Numbered from the stretch's first letter, positions 10,262 to 21,320 are shown. The stretch is DNA of 64,000 nt from Syntrophales bacterium (GCA_963668175.1 OY764159.1:4096001-4160000), one strand, 5' to 3'. Notes: a model not told the origin generated them from the sequence alone. Made by a program: numbers and translations.

Positions 10262-10798
10262 ATGAAAAAAGCCAGCCTTTACATCCTGGGCTTTGCCGTT
10301 GTCCTGTCAATGGTTTTTATGACTTCCGCCGTCATGGCCGCGGAAGGTAAGATCGGTTTTGTCAATATGCGCGAGATCATCATGACTTCCGATGCCGGGA
10401 AGAAGACGTACGAAACGCTGAAGAAGTCCTTCGACAAAGACAGGGCTGTTCTCAAGGATAAGGAAACAGAGCTGACGAAACTCAAGGATGAAATAGACAA
10501 GCAACGCTCCGTCATGAGACCGGACGTCCTGAAGGAGAAAGAATCGGTGCTCCAGAAAAAAGTGCGGGACGCACAGTTGATGGCCCGTGATTTTGAAGAA
10601 GAGATCACGAAGAAGGAACAGGAATTCATCAACAATGTATTGCCTGATGTATTTAAAATCATCCGTGCTATCGGCGAGAAAGAGAAATATACGATGATCA
10701 TCGACCCCATCGCTATGCAGATCCCTTATTTTGCAAAGGAAAACGATATCACCAAACGGGTGATCGATGAATTTAACAAAGCCAACAGGCGCAAATAA
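10262..10798 (+). CDS. skp: Periplasmic chaperone Skp/OmpH
   Basis: GGGAGGAG RBS, signal peptide, KIGFVN, coiled coil and DITKRVI; lies between bamA and lpxD. Confidence 0.92.
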   Translation: MKKASLYILGFAVVLSMVFMTSAVMAAEGKIGFVNMREIIMTSDAGKKTYETLKKSFDKDRAVLKDKETELTKLKDEIDKQRSVMRPDVLKEKESVLQKKVRDAQLMARDFEEEITKKEQEFINNVLPDVFKIIRAIGEKEKYTMIIDPIAMQIPYFAKENDITKRVIDEFNKANRRK

Positions 10799-10849
10799 CG
10801 GCGGCGCAGCCTCCGGCAAGCCATCCGCAGAATACAGGGCGTAACAGAT

Positions 10850-11875
10850 TTGGAAAAGACCGTAGCAGAAATTGCAGAATACCTGAACGGCCGGGTCGTC
10901 GGGGATGGATCAGTCGTCATCCGCAACGTCCAAGGCGTTGATGAAGCCGGAAAAGGCGACCTGACATTCGTTGCCAACCGCAAGTATCTCAAGAAGCTTG
11001 CGGCAACGGGTGCCTCGGCGGTAATCGTCCATCCCGACATGGAAGGTCAAGGAAAGAACTTCATCGTTGTCCCCGACCCCTATGTGGCCTTCGGAAGAGT
11101 TCTGGCCCTCTTTTATCCAGACCAGGAGGAACAACCGGGTATCAGCACCTCGGCCTACATCGAGGATGGGGCCTCCGTATCTCGTGAAGCTGTCGTATAT
11201 CCAGGTGCAACGGTTTGTCGCGGCGCCAAAGTCGAAAAAGGCGTCGTTCTTTATCCGGGTGTCTTCGTTGGCCGGGATGCCGTCATCGACGAGGGTTCGA
11301 TACTCCACCCCAACGTTACGGTCTACCGGCGCTGTCTGATCGGCAAACGCGTCATTCTCCATGCCGGAGTCGTTGTCGGCAGCGATGGTTTCGGTTTCGC
11401 AGCCCCCGGCGGCGCGAACATGAAAATCCCGCAGGTCGGCATCGTACAGATCGACGACGACGTGGAGATCGGCGCCAACACGACGATAGACCGCGGAACC
11501 ATGGGCAGGACATGGATACAGAAAGGCGTCAAGATTGACAACCTGGTACAAATCGCCCACAATGTCGTCATCGGCGAGCACTCGGTCATCGTTGCCCAGG
11601 TAGGCATATCGGGAAGCGCAAAGCTGGGTAAGGGCGTCATCATCGGCGGCCAGGCAGGAATCGTTGGCCATATCCGGATAGGAGACCACGTCATGGCGGC
11701 GGCGAGAGCCGGCATACACAAGGACGTTCCTCCCCAGTCGATCGTGGCGGGTGCGCCGCACCGCTCCCACAGGGAGTGGCTGCGTATCGAAGCTTCCATC
11801 CCCAAGATTCCCGATATGAACAGCACCATAGCCGACCTGATGAAACGGGTAGATTTGCTGGAAAAAAAGGATTAG
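10850..11875 (+). CDS. lpxD: UDP-3-O-(3-hydroxyacyl)glucosamine N-acyltransferase
   Basis: Hexapeptide repeats, GSDGFGF, EIGANTTIDRG and KIDNLVQIAHN. Confidence 0.97.
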   Translation: MEKTVAEIAEYLNGRVVGDGSVVIRNVQGVDEAGKGDLTFVANRKYLKKLAATGASAVIVHPDMEGQGKNFIVVPDPYVAFGRVLALFYPDQEEQPGISTSAYIEDGASVSREAVVYPGATVCRGAKVEKGVVLYPGVFVGRDAVIDEGSILHPNVTVYRRCLIGKRVILHAGVVVGSDGFGFAAPGGANMKIPQVGIVQIDDDVEIGANTTIDRGTMGRTWIQKGVKIDNLVQIAHNVVIGEHSVIVAQVGISGSAKLGKGVIIGGQAGIVGHIRIGDHVMAAARAGIHKDVPPQSIVAGAPHRSHREWLRIEASIPKIPDMNSTIADLMKRVDLLEKKD

Positions 11876-11964
11876 CGGCCGAATAAGGTTTGCCGTGCGA
11901 TAGCCGATATCGTTCGCTTTTGATATGAGAGATTGAAGAAGAAATTCCACGAAAAGGATTCATC

Positions 11965-12738
11965 ATGAACATTCATCCCACAGCCATTATCTCCCCCGAT
12001 GCCAAACTGGGCGAAGGCGTCCAGATAGGGCCCTACACGATCATCGGCCCCAGTGTCACCATCGGCAAGAATTCCATCATAGGCCCCCACGTCGTCATCG
12101 AGAGCCATACGGACATCGGCGAGGGATGCCGTGTTTTTCAGTTTGCCTCCCTGGGCGGACTGCCACAGGATCTCAAATACAAGGGCGAGGAGACTCGGGT
12201 CGTTATAGGCAACTTCAACGTCATTCGCGAATATGTCACGATCAATCGTGCCACATCGGCGGACATCGGCGTGACGATCATGGGCGACCACAATCTGATC
12301 ATGGCCTACAGCCATATCGCCCATAACTGCAAATTGGGCAATTACGTGATCATGGGCAATTCCTCCAACCTGGCGGGCCATATCCACGTGGACGATTTTG
12401 CCATCATCAGCGGCCTGACGGGCGTTCATCAATTCACCAGGATCGGCACCCACTGTTTCATCGGCGGCTGCTCGGCCGTTGCCAAGGACGTGCCGCCGTA
12501 CGTCATGGTGTCGGGAATCCGTGCCAAGCCTTATGGCTTGAATCTCGTCGGCATGCAAAGAAGGGGTTTTAAGGAAGACGCGATCGTCGCCTTAAAGAAG
12601 GCCTACAAGACCCTCTACCGATCGTCGCTGCTTCTTAAGGACGCGATTCAAAAAATACGGGAGGAATCCGGCGACCGGCCCGAAATCAAGATCTTCATCG
12701 AATTCATCGAGCAATCCACCCGGGGAATTTTAAGATAG
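11965..12738 (+). CDS. lpxA: Acyl-ACP--UDP-N-acetylglucosamine O-acyltransferase
   Basis: [32 protein letters not shown] and GLNLVG motifs. Confidence 0.97.
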   Translation: MNIHPTAIISPDAKLGEGVQIGPYTIIGPSVTIGKNSIIGPHVVIESHTDIGEGCRVFQFASLGGLPQDLKYKGEETRVVIGNFNVIREYVTINRATSADIGVTIMGDHNLIMAYSHIAHNCKLGNYVIMGNSSNLAGHIHVDDFAIISGLTGVHQFTRIGTHCFIGGCSAVAKDVPPYVMVSGIRAKPYGLNLVGMQRRGFKEDAIVALKKAYKTLYRSSLLLKDAIQKIREESGDRPEIKIFIEFIEQSTRGILR

Positions 12739-12797
12739 AGGAACATCTTTTTTGAAACCGGACAGGGAGAGGCGGCACACGAAGCCCCCACGCGATC

Positions 12798-13988
12798 ATG
12801 CCGATTGAAGCGCCCCATGAAAATCAGGCAGAAGCATCCGGTTCCACCGGCAGGTCGAAACATATCATGATCGTTGCCGGAGAGGATTCCGGGGACATCC
12901 ACGGAGCCTCTCTTGTCCAGGCCATCCATCGGTTAAATCCCGGGACACGCTTTTTCGGCATGGGCGGACATCGGATGCGCGAAAGCGGCGTGGAAATCAT
13001 CGCCGATGCCTCGCAGATAGCCGTGGTCGGGGTGACCGACGTCCTTCTGCATCTCAAGCTGATTCTGCAAACCATGAACCGGCTAGAGTCCGCCATCGGG
13101 GAACGGAAGCCGGATCTTCTGATTCTGATCGATTACCCGGGTTTCAACCTTCGTCTGGCCAAATCGGCAAAGAAAATGGGGACGGTTATTCTCTATTATA
13201 TCAGTCCGAAGGTCTGGGCGTGGGGGAAAAGGCGGATCGCAACGATCAGGCGGTACGTCGATAGAATGGCTGTCATCTTCCCTTTTGAAGAGCCCATGTA
13301 CAAAAATGCAGGCGTGAGTGCCTCGTTCGTCGGCCACCCGCTTCTGGATATCGTCAAGACAAAGTACCAACGCGAGGAGGCCCTCGACAAATTCGGCCTC
13401 GCGAAGGATAAGACAACCATAGCCCTACTGCCCGGCAGCAGACGGTCGGAGGTTGACAGGCTTTTGCCGGAGATGCTGAAGGCGGCCGTTCTTATCAGGG
13501 AAAACAGCCCCGGGGTGCAATTCGTTCTGCCGCTGGCGGATTCGATCTCTCCGGAATCCATTGCACCGATGATGGATGCGAATCCGATTACCGTCCATAT
13601 CGTCCGGAACGATACGTATGACGCCCTGGCCGTTTCGAACATCGCCATCGTGGCTTCGGGAACGGCCACGCTGGAAACGGCCTTGCTGGACGTACCGATG
13701 GTCATCATCTATCGCGTCTCGGCCCTGACCTATTACCTGGCGAAGGTGGCGGTCAGGATCGAACACTTGGGCCTTGTCAACATTCTGGCAGGGAGAACGG
13801 TCGTGCCCGAGTTGCTTCAGAAAGAAGCCACCGGGGAAAAAATCGCGGCCGAGATCCTCGATATGCTGACCAACCGAGGGCGGACGGACGCTATGAAGAC
13901 CGAATATTCTCGGATCAAGACCATGCTGGGTGAAAGAGGCGCCGCGGACAGGGCGGCCAAACTCGCTTTGGGAATGGTCGGCGGATAA
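12798..13988 (+). CDS. lpxB: Lipid-A-disaccharide synthase
   Basis: AGEDSGD, IDYPGFN, YYISPKVWAW, FVGHPL, LLPGSR and SGTATLE motifs. Confidence 0.97.
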   Translation: MPIEAPHENQAEASGSTGRSKHIMIVAGEDSGDIHGASLVQAIHRLNPGTRFFGMGGHRMRESGVEIIADASQIAVVGVTDVLLHLKLILQTMNRLESAIGERKPDLLILIDYPGFNLRLAKSAKKMGTVILYYISPKVWAWGKRRIATIRRYVDRMAVIFPFEEPMYKNAGVSASFVGHPLLDIVKTKYQREEALDKFGLAKDKTTIALLPGSRRSEVDRLLPEMLKAAVLIRENSPGVQFVLPLADSISPESIAPMMDANPITVHIVRNDTYDALAVSNIAIVASGTATLETALLDVPMVIIYRVSALTYYLAKVAVRIEHLGLVNILAGRTVVPELLQKEATGEKIAAEILDMLTNRGRTDAMKTEYSRIKTMLGERGAADRAAKLALGMVGG

Positions 13989-14083
13989 TTCCGGCACTGT
14001 GTTTCATCGTTGCACGGAACGTACGATTCGTCGTGCTGCCGCCATTGAATACGGATTATAATCAACCAGGATGGAAATAGACC

Positions 14084-15850
14084 ATGGACATGTTTAAGCG
14101 ATTGCTGCTTTTGGCCAAACCTCATACCCCGAAATTCATCATTGCCATGCTGTGCATGATGGGTGTCGGCGGCCTGACGGCCACGCAGGCCTACCTGGTA
14201 AAACCGGTCCTGGACGGCATTTTTGTCAACAAGGATTACGATCTGCTGAAATGGCTGTCCCTGGCGATTTTTGCATTGTACGCGTTCAAAGGCGTTTTCA
14301 GCTACGGTCACACGATCCTGATGAATTACATAGGACTCCGCATCATCGCCGACCTGCGCAATCGACTCTATCGGAAGATACAGGAACAATCCCTCACGTT
14401 TTTCACCAAGAATCCCACCGGCGTCCTGATGTCCCGGATCACCAACGATGTCGGGTCCGTCCAGGGGGCCGTTTCCGAAGCCGTAACCAGCCTCATGAAG
14501 GATTCCTTTACCCTGGTCGGCCTCATTTTTGTCATCTTCTACCAATCGTGGAAGTTGGCCCTGATCGCACTGGTCGTCTTCCCCCTGATCATCTACCCCA
14601 TCGCCACCTTCGGACGGAAGATGAGAAGCATCGCCACACGCACGCAGGTAACGGTGGGGAGCCTGACCTCCCTTCTCCAGGAAACCATATCGGGCACAAG
14701 AATCGTCAAAGCTTTCAGCATGGAGGAATACGAAAACAAGCGATTCGAAAACGAGAACGAAAAGCTGCTCAAGCTGACGCTGAAATCGGTCACCATCGGC
14801 GCCATTTCGAGCCCCTTCATGGAATTCCTCGGCGGATGCGCCATCGGCGTCATTATCTTTTACGGCGGCTACCAGGTCATCAGTGGCGGTTTTACCCCCG
14901 GACGGTTCTTCTCCTTTCTGACGGCCCTCATCCTGCTTTACGAACCGGTAAAGCGCCTGACCAACGTGAATAACACCATTCAGCAGGGCATCGCCGGGGC
15001 GCAAAGGGTCTTCGCCATCATCGACACCATACCGGACATCAAGGACAGCGAAACGTCCACGCCGCTGCCGCGGATATCGGCGGGCATTTCCATTCGCAAT
15101 GTCAATTTCCGATATGAGGAAACTCCCGTCCTGAAAAACATCAACCTGGACATCAGGGCCGGGGAGGTTGTTGCCTTCGTCGGCATGAGCGGCGGAGGCA
15201 AGACGACGCTCGTCAATCTGATCCCCCGGTTTTACGATGTAACCGAAGGAAGCATCACGATCGACGGCCATGACATTCGTTCCGTCACGGTCGGGTCCCT
15301 GAGAAGTCAGATAGGCATCGTGACCCAGCAGACGATTCTCTTCAACGATACGGTCCGTAACAACATCGCATACGGCGACATCGCCAAGAGCGAGGATGAA
15401 ATCGTCAAGGCCGCCGTGGCCGCCAACGCTCACGGATTCATCATGGGGTTGCCGTCAGGCTACGACACCATGATAGGGGAGCAGGGCGCCAAATTGTCGG
15501 GCGGGGAGCGGCAGCGCATATCCATCGCCAGGGCGCTCCTGAAGGATGCGCCGATCCTGATCCTGGACGAAGCGACATCCTCCCTAGACACGGAAGCGGA
15601 GCTGGAAGTCCAGGACGCCCTGGAGAACCTCATGAAGGGCCGCACGACGCTCATGATCGCCCACAGGCTCTCCACGATAAGAAACGCCGACAGGATCATC
15701 GTCCTTGTCGACGGAGAAATCGTCGAAGAAGGAAACCACGAGGCCCTGATCGAGAAAAAGGGAGAATATTTCAGGCTTTACAACATGCAGTTTACGGACA
15801 AGCACGCGACCGAAGGCCCTGGATCGTCTCCTGTCAACAACGGCCGGTAA
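14084..15850 (+). CDS. msbA: Lipid A export ABC transporter, permease/ATPase
   Basis: Six-TM domain plus NBD (GMSGGGKT, LSGGERQR, DEATSSLD); sits between lpxB and lpxK. Confidence 0.92.
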   Translation: MDMFKRLLLLAKPHTPKFIIAMLCMMGVGGLTATQAYLVKPVLDGIFVNKDYDLLKWLSLAIFALYAFKGVFSYGHTILMNYIGLRIIADLRNRLYRKIQEQSLTFFTKNPTGVLMSRITNDVGSVQGAVSEAVTSLMKDSFTLVGLIFVIFYQSWKLALIALVVFPLIIYPIATFGRKMRSIATRTQVTVGSLTSLLQETISGTRIVKAFSMEEYENKRFENENEKLLKLTLKSVTIGAISSPFMEFLGGCAIGVIIFYGGYQVISGGFTPGRFFSFLTALILLYEPVKRLTNVNNTIQQGIAGAQRVFAIIDTIPDIKDSETSTPLPRISAGISIRNVNFRYEETPVLKNINLDIRAGEVVAFVGMSGGGKTTLVNLIPRFYDVTEGSITIDGHDIRSVTVGSLRSQIGIVTQQTILFNDTVRNNIAYGDIAKSEDEIVKAAVAANAHGFIMGLPSGYDTMIGEQGAKLSGGERQRISIARALLKDAPILILDEATSSLDTEAELEVQDALENLMKGRTTLMIAHRLSTIRNADRIIVLVDGEIVEEGNHEALIEKKGEYFRLYNMQFTDKHATEGPGSSPVNNGR

Positions 15851-15860
15851 CGTATATTCC

Positions 15861-16943
15861 ATGAATCGGATGACCCATATCATTCACAAGCTCTGGTATG
15901 ACCGGGAATCGTTCCATCCCCTTCACCCGCTGCCTCCGGTTGCCCTCTGTCTCTCCCGTCTTTTTGCGGGCGCCGTCTTTCTGAGAAACAAGCTCTTTGA
16001 CCTGGGTATTTCGGAACAGCGTAAGCTCCCCTGTCCCGTCATCAGCGTCGGCAACCTTGCCGTAGGCGGAACGGGAAAAACACCCACCGTCATTCTGATC
16101 GCCGGCATGCTCAGGGACCAGGGCATGAAACCGGCCATACTGAGCCGGGGCTATGGCGGATCGGCCGAGGAATCCGTCAATATTGTCTCCGACGGGGAAC
16201 GCGTTTTTATGAATCCTGTCGAAGCCGGCGACGAACCGGTTCTCATGGCCAGGGCTCTGCCGGGCATCCCGGTGTTGACCGGAGCAAGCAGGTTCGAGAC
16301 CGGCTCTTACGCCGTCAATGACCTGTCCGCCGATGTTCTGCTCCTCGACGACGGATTTCAGCACCGCAGCCTTCACCGGGACGTGAATATCGTCCTTCTC
16401 GACACCAACAGACCGTTCGGCAACGGCTACCTCCTGCCGCGCGGCCCGCTCCGGGAAACGGCAAAGGCCCTGAAGAGAGCGGATGCCGTTATTCGTATGG
16501 GCATTCCGGAAAAGAATGAAGGGAAAATAGACCCCATACCGTTCCCCGGACCCATCTTTAACGGTTATCATCAACCCCGTGACATCGTGCAGGCCGGGTC
16601 CGGCGCTTCTTATCCGGCTGTCGCCCTTGAAGGCAAAAAGGTCTGTGCATTTACAGGGATCGGAGTCCCCGAATCCTTCAAGACGACGCTCCTGGGTCTC
16701 CATGCCCGCATTCAATCCTTCATCCCTTATCCGGACCATTATCGCTATAAAGAGCACGATCTTGACGACATCCGGAAGACGGCCCTGCAATCTTCGGCCG
16801 AATACATCGTCACTACGGAGAAGGACGCCATAAAACTCAGCGAATATAATCACTTCTGCAACAATCTCCTGGTTCTCAGGACCGAGATCCAACTTGTTGA
16901 AGGTGCCCACACCCTGCTGCAATGGATCAAGGCACACATTTAA
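15861..16943 (+). CDS. lpxK: Tetraacyldisaccharide 4'-kinase
   Basis: SVGNLAVGGTGKTP, LSRGYG, GDEP, LDDGFQH, LLPRGPLRE and TTEKDA motifs. Confidence 0.97.
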   Translation: MNRMTHIIHKLWYDRESFHPLHPLPPVALCLSRLFAGAVFLRNKLFDLGISEQRKLPCPVISVGNLAVGGTGKTPTVILIAGMLRDQGMKPAILSRGYGGSAEESVNIVSDGERVFMNPVEAGDEPVLMARALPGIPVLTGASRFETGSYAVNDLSADVLLLDDGFQHRSLHRDVNIVLLDTNRPFGNGYLLPRGPLRETAKALKRADAVIRMGIPEKNEGKIDPIPFPGPIFNGYHQPRDIVQAGSGASYPAVALEGKKVCAFTGIGVPESFKTTLLGLHARIQSFIPYPDHYRYKEHDLDDIRKTALQSSAEYIVTTEKDAIKLSEYNHFCNNLLVLRTEIQLVEGAHTLLQWIKAHI

Positions 16944-17035
16944 AACACAGCATGTATTAAACAGATTGACATTACAGAGATTTGTCATTACAAGCATCTC
17001 GATGCTTTATCGCATTGCAAGAGAGGAATTCACCT

Positions 17036-18610
17036 ATGGATATCATGCCTGAATTGGATATCGTCCTGGATTACTTAATCCCGGAGAGGCCGGGACATGC
17101 CCTGGCCCAAAAATATATACGGCCGGACGAATCGTCGGCGAGAATCTGGATAGCGGCCTCGACGATAGACAGGCTATACACCGAAACGATGGCCGAAGGA
17201 GAAAAACGGAACACGAATCGAGCCGAGCTGGCAGCTGCTTTCTCGGCCTTCATGTCCCAAGTCAGCATCCTGACCGTTACGGCCCAGAGCGCCAGGGACA
17301 TCGTTTCCTTCGAACACATCGCCGGCGACCTTGCCTTCCGGAATTTCAAGCGGGTGGCCCCAAACGGCATCGTGCTCACCAGCGGCGACGGTCCGGGCAG
17401 GTATCCTGATTCCGTCTCCCTGATGCAATTCGCCGCCGGCGAACCGTTAAGGGAATCCCCGTCGGTTCCGATGCTCGATCTCAAGGAAGAGTACCGCTAC
17501 ATGCTCGAAGATATTGACGATTCCGTTCTCCAGGGCATCGCGGACACGCGCTATATCCTGGGGCCGGCTGTAACCGCCCTGGAAAAGCGGATCGGCGAAT
17601 ACCTGGGCGTCAGACATTGCGTAGGGGCGTCATCCGGCACCGACGCGCTGGTCATCGCTTTGCGGGCGCTGGCCATCATGAGAAAGGGAGAGGAATACTT
17701 CAGCCGCAACGACGAGATCATAACGACCCCCCTGACGTTCACGGCCACGGGAGACGCCATTCTCCGCGCCGGCGCGACGCCGGTTTTCGTGGATATCGAC
17801 CCCGGCACCTTCAACATGGACCCGTCGAAAATAAAAGATTACCTGATCAAGAACCCGGATTCCGTCGTCGGCATCATTCCGGTCCATCTTTACGGACAGG
17901 CATGCCCGATGGACGACATCATGGCCCTGTCCTCGGAACGGGGGCTGTTCGTCCTGGAAGATGTCGCCCAGGCCTTCGGCGGCTCATTCCATGGAAAGAA
18001 ACTTGGTTCCATCGGAACAGGCGGTGCTTTCAGCTTCTTTCCCTCCAAGAACCTCGGATCATTCGGCGACGGAGGCATGATCGCGAGCAATGACGACGCC
18101 TTCGCGGAACTGGCAAGGATGCTCACCAAGCACGGCGGCAAGGACAAATACAACGTTGATCACATCGGATATAACGCCCGGCTCGATACCCTTCAGGCGG
18201 CCGTTGTTCTGGCCAAGATGAAGTATGTCGACCTCTTTAATAACCGGCGCCAAGAACTGGCCGGACAATACAGAGACGGTCTTCAAGGCATTGAAGGGCT
18301 CGTCCTTCCCGCTGCCGACGAGGGTCATGTTTTTCACCAGTACACCGTACGGGTCCTTAACGGACGGAGAGACGGACTCCAGACGTATCTGCAATCGCAG
18401 GGCATCGGTTCCATGATCTACTATCCCCTGCCTCTCCATAAGATGAAGGTGTTTGCAAACAGAATGAAGCTCCCCGAATCTGTCCTCCAAGCAGAAACGG
18501 CCTGTGCGGAAGTGCTATCCCTTCCGATTGAACCTCTGCAGAGCCGGGAAGCAACGGACAGCGTCATCCGGTCGGTGCGCAATTTCTTCAAAGGATCCGC
18601 TTCATGCTGA
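17036..18610 (+). CDS. DegT/DnrJ/EryC1/StrS aminotransferase (WbpE-like) with a ~140 aa N-terminal extension resembling a degenerate PIN domain
   Basis: GAGAGGA RBS before ATG 17036; SGTDAL, EDVAQA, SFFPSKNLG (PLP Lys) and GYNARLDTLQAA. Confidence 0.88.
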   Translation: MDIMPELDIVLDYLIPERPGHALAQKYIRPDESSARIWIAASTIDRLYTETMAEGEKRNTNRAELAAAFSAFMSQVSILTVTAQSARDIVSFEHIAGDLAFRNFKRVAPNGIVLTSGDGPGRYPDSVSLMQFAAGEPLRESPSVPMLDLKEEYRYMLEDIDDSVLQGIADTRYILGPAVTALEKRIGEYLGVRHCVGASSGTDALVIALRALAIMRKGEEYFSRNDEIITTPLTFTATGDAILRAGATPVFVDIDPGTFNMDPSKIKDYLIKNPDSVVGIIPVHLYGQACPMDDIMALSSERGLFVLEDVAQAFGGSFHGKKLGSIGTGGAFSFFPSKNLGSFGDGGMIASNDDAFAELARMLTKHGGKDKYNVDHIGYNARLDTLQAAVVLAKMKYVDLFNNRRQELAGQYRDGLQGIEGLVLPAADEGHVFHQYTVRVLNGRRDGLQTYLQSQGIGSMIYYPLPLHKMKVFANRMKLPESVLQAETACAEVLSLPIEPLQSREATDSVIRSVRNFFKGSASC

Positions 18611-19704
18611 ACAACAAGACCGTTGCCGTCGTCATACCGGCGTACAACGAAGAAAGGCAGATCGAACAGGTCGTGACATCCATGCCGGATTTTGTCGACC
18701 GGATCGTTGTGGTCAATGATAGTTCGAAGGATGGAACTGCCGCAGTCATACAGCGCCTTATGAACAAGGGGGAAACGGCTACCGGCAAGACAGCCATTCG
18801 CGAATATGCGCCGGACGAGACAAAGTACAATCGCGCCGATATCGTTCTCCATCAGCTTCAGAAGGAGGAAATGGAAAAATACGTACCGGCGGAGATCGTC
18901 AATGCCGCGCCCGAGACGGATCGCATCATCCTCATCAACCACCTGCAAAACGGCGGCGTAGGCGCGGCCATCGCCAGAGGGTACAAATGGTGCCTCGATC
19001 ACCGCATCGATTGTACCGCGGTGATGGCGGGAGACGGGCAGATGGACCCCTCCGAACTTGAAGCCATTTGCCGTCCCGTTATTGACGAGGGCATCGACTA
19101 CAGCAAGGGCAACCGCCTCATTCATCGAAGCGCCTGGCTGATCGTCCCCAAGGTGAGATTTATCGGCAATTCCGTGCTCTCCATTCTCACCAAGATCGCG
19201 TCCGGTTACTGGCATGTCTCAGACACGCAATGCGGATACACAGCCATATCCTTGAAGGCGCTCCAGGCCATCCGGATTTACGATATCTACAAGAGCTACG
19301 GCATGCCCAATGATCTGCTGGTCAAGCTCAATATCGCCTTCTGTACGCTCAAGGAAGTGGACATCAAGCCTGTTTACAACGTGGGCGAACAGTCCAAAAT
19401 GAAAATATGGCAGGTAATGCCCCGTGTCACGGCCCTGCTCTGCAAGTCTTTCTTTAAACGGTTGTGGATAAAATACCTCATCAGGGATTTCCACCCCCTT
19501 TTCTTGCTGTACCATTTTTCCATCATTCTGGGATGCATCACCATCCCGTATATGGTTAAGATTTTCCGAATTGCAACCTTCACGAACGAAAATGTCCCGA
19601 CATTGACGATGCTCGCGTTTCTGTTTCTCTTTATCAGCGCCTTTCAATCGCTTCTCTTCGCCATGTGGATGGACATACAGGACAACGAGAGGCTCTATAA
19701 ATGA
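18604..19704 (+). CDS. Family 2 glycosyltransferase, polyprenol-phosphate GT (DPM1/ArnC-like) type with two C-terminal TM helices
   Basis: [43 protein letters not shown] and a hydrophobic C-terminus. Confidence 0.85.
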   Translation: MLNNKTVAVVIPAYNEERQIEQVVTSMPDFVDRIVVVNDSSKDGTAAVIQRLMNKGETATGKTAIREYAPDETKYNRADIVLHQLQKEEMEKYVPAEIVNAAPETDRIILINHLQNGGVGAAIARGYKWCLDHRIDCTAVMAGDGQMDPSELEAICRPVIDEGIDYSKGNRLIHRSAWLIVPKVRFIGNSVLSILTKIASGYWHVSDTQCGYTAISLKALQAIRIYDIYKSYGMPNDLLVKLNIAFCTLKEVDIKPVYNVGEQSKMKIWQVMPRVTALLCKSFFKRLWIKYLIRDFHPLFLLYHFSIILGCITIPYMVKIFRIATFTNENVPTLTMLAFLFLFISAFQSLLFAMWMDIQDNERLYK

Positions 19705-21311
19705 AACGTACAGGAACCAGGCAGACGATACCGGGCATCGCCGTCATCGGAACGGGCTACTGGGGCAAAAACCTGGCCCGTAATTACGCGCAACTCGGTA
19801 CCCTGAGACTTATCTGCGACAGAAATGAATCGATCCTCGAACAGATGAAGGCCTTATACCCGGACATCGAAACGGGCATGGCCCTGAACGACGTCCTGAA
19901 GCGGGACGATGTGCGGGGTGTCGTTATCGCGACCCCGGCAGAGACGCATTTCACGATTGCCAGGGAAGTGCTTCTGGCGGGAAAGCATGTGTACGTGGAA
20001 AAACCCCTCGTCCTCCATGAACCGGAAGCACACGAACTGATCAGCCTTGCCGCGGAAAAGAACCTCACCCTGATGGTCGGCCACCTGCTGCAGTACCATC
20101 CCGTCTTCGAACGGCTGAAGAAGCTGACCCAGGCCGGCGAACTTGGCCGGATCAATTATATCTATTCCCATCGCCTCAACCTGGGTAAGATCAGGAGAGA
20201 AGAGAACATCCTGTGGTCCTTTGCGCCCCATGACATATCCATGATCCTTTCGCTCGCCGGCGAAGAGCCCGAACGCGTCATGGCCACGGGAGGCAACTAT
20301 CTCCATCGAAAGATTGCCGACGTAACCACGACCCACCTGGAATTTGCTTCCGGGCTGCGGGCGCATATCTTCGTCTCATGGCTCCACCCTTTTAAAGAGC
20401 AGAAGCTCGTCGTCGTGGGCGACCGCAAGATGGCCGTTTTTGACGACACGCTGCCCTGGCCGGATAAATTGCTCCTCTATCCCCACAAAATCAAGTGGGA
20501 GAACAACGTCCCGGTCCCTGCCAAGGGGGAACCGGAGCGTGTCGATGTCGATCCCGTCGAGCCGCTGAAGTCGGAATGCGAACATTTCCTGAAATGCATC
20601 GCGACGGGACATACGCCGTTGACCGACGGTCATGAGGGATTGCGGGTCTTAAGAATCCTGAACGCCTGCCAGCGCTCCCTGAACGACAACGGCAAACAGG
20701 TCAGGCTCAAAGAGGGTACGGACAAGAAGGTTGATGAAACGCCTGCCGGGGAGCGTCCCTTCTTCAAGCACGATACGGCCGTCGTCGACGATAACGTCAC
20801 CATCGGACGGGGAACGAAGATATGGCATTTTTCCCATATCCTGCCCGGGTCCGTCATCGGCGAAGAATGCAATATCGGCCAGAATGTCGTCATCGGACCG
20901 GAGGTTACCGTTGGCAAAGGGTGTAAGATTCAAAACAATATCTCTCTTTATAAGGGCGTAACGCTGGAGGATCAGGTCTTCTGCGGTCCATCCATGGTCT
21001 TTACGAATGTCTTCAACCCCCGGGCCCATATCCGCCGCATGGACGAACTGAGGCCTACGCTCGTTAAAATGGGCGCTTCGCTGGGAGCCAACTGCACGGT
21101 TGTCTGCGGCTACACGATCGGCCGTTATGCCTTCGTCGGGGCGGGCGCCGTCGTGACGAAGGACATCCCCGACCATGCCCTGGTGGCCGGCAACCCCGCC
21201 AGATTCATGGGCTGGATATGCGAATGCGGGGAAAAACTGGACAAGAATCTTGCCTGTCCGGCCTGCGGGAAGGGATTCAGGAAGTACAAAAAAGGACTGA
21301 AAGCGCTATGA
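19701..21311 (+). CDS. Bifunctional Gfo/Idh/MocA oxidoreductase / hexapeptide N-acetyltransferase (WbpB-WbpD-like fusion)
   Basis: GTGYWG, HVYVEKP and SFAPHD in the first domain; [27 protein letters not shown] and a C-terminal Cys knuckle in the second. Confidence 0.9.
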   Translation: MKRTGTRQTIPGIAVIGTGYWGKNLARNYAQLGTLRLICDRNESILEQMKALYPDIETGMALNDVLKRDDVRGVVIATPAETHFTIAREVLLAGKHVYVEKPLVLHEPEAHELISLAAEKNLTLMVGHLLQYHPVFERLKKLTQAGELGRINYIYSHRLNLGKIRREENILWSFAPHDISMILSLAGEEPERVMATGGNYLHRKIADVTTTHLEFASGLRAHIFVSWLHPFKEQKLVVVGDRKMAVFDDTLPWPDKLLLYPHKIKWENNVPVPAKGEPERVDVDPVEPLKSECEHFLKCIATGHTPLTDGHEGLRVLRILNACQRSLNDNGKQVRLKEGTDKKVDETPAGERPFFKHDTAVVDDNVTIGRGTKIWHFSHILPGSVIGEECNIGQNVVIGPEVTVGKGCKIQNNISLYKGVTLEDQVFCGPSMVFTNVFNPRAHIRRMDELRPTLVKMGASLGANCTVVCGYTIGRYAFVGAGAVVTKDIPDHALVAGNPARFMGWICECGEKLDKNLACPACGKGFRKYKKGLKAL

Positions 21312-21320
21312 GGCATACCC

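Noticed and set aside
13817..15433. 538 aa antisense ORF over msbA (likewise 10910..11950, 15834..16997, 26736..27860, 41479..42687, 43996..45045 and 62106..63641)
   Set aside because: These fully overlap well-supported genes on the opposite strand and have no motifs; they are typical shadow ORFs from GC-biased codon usage.
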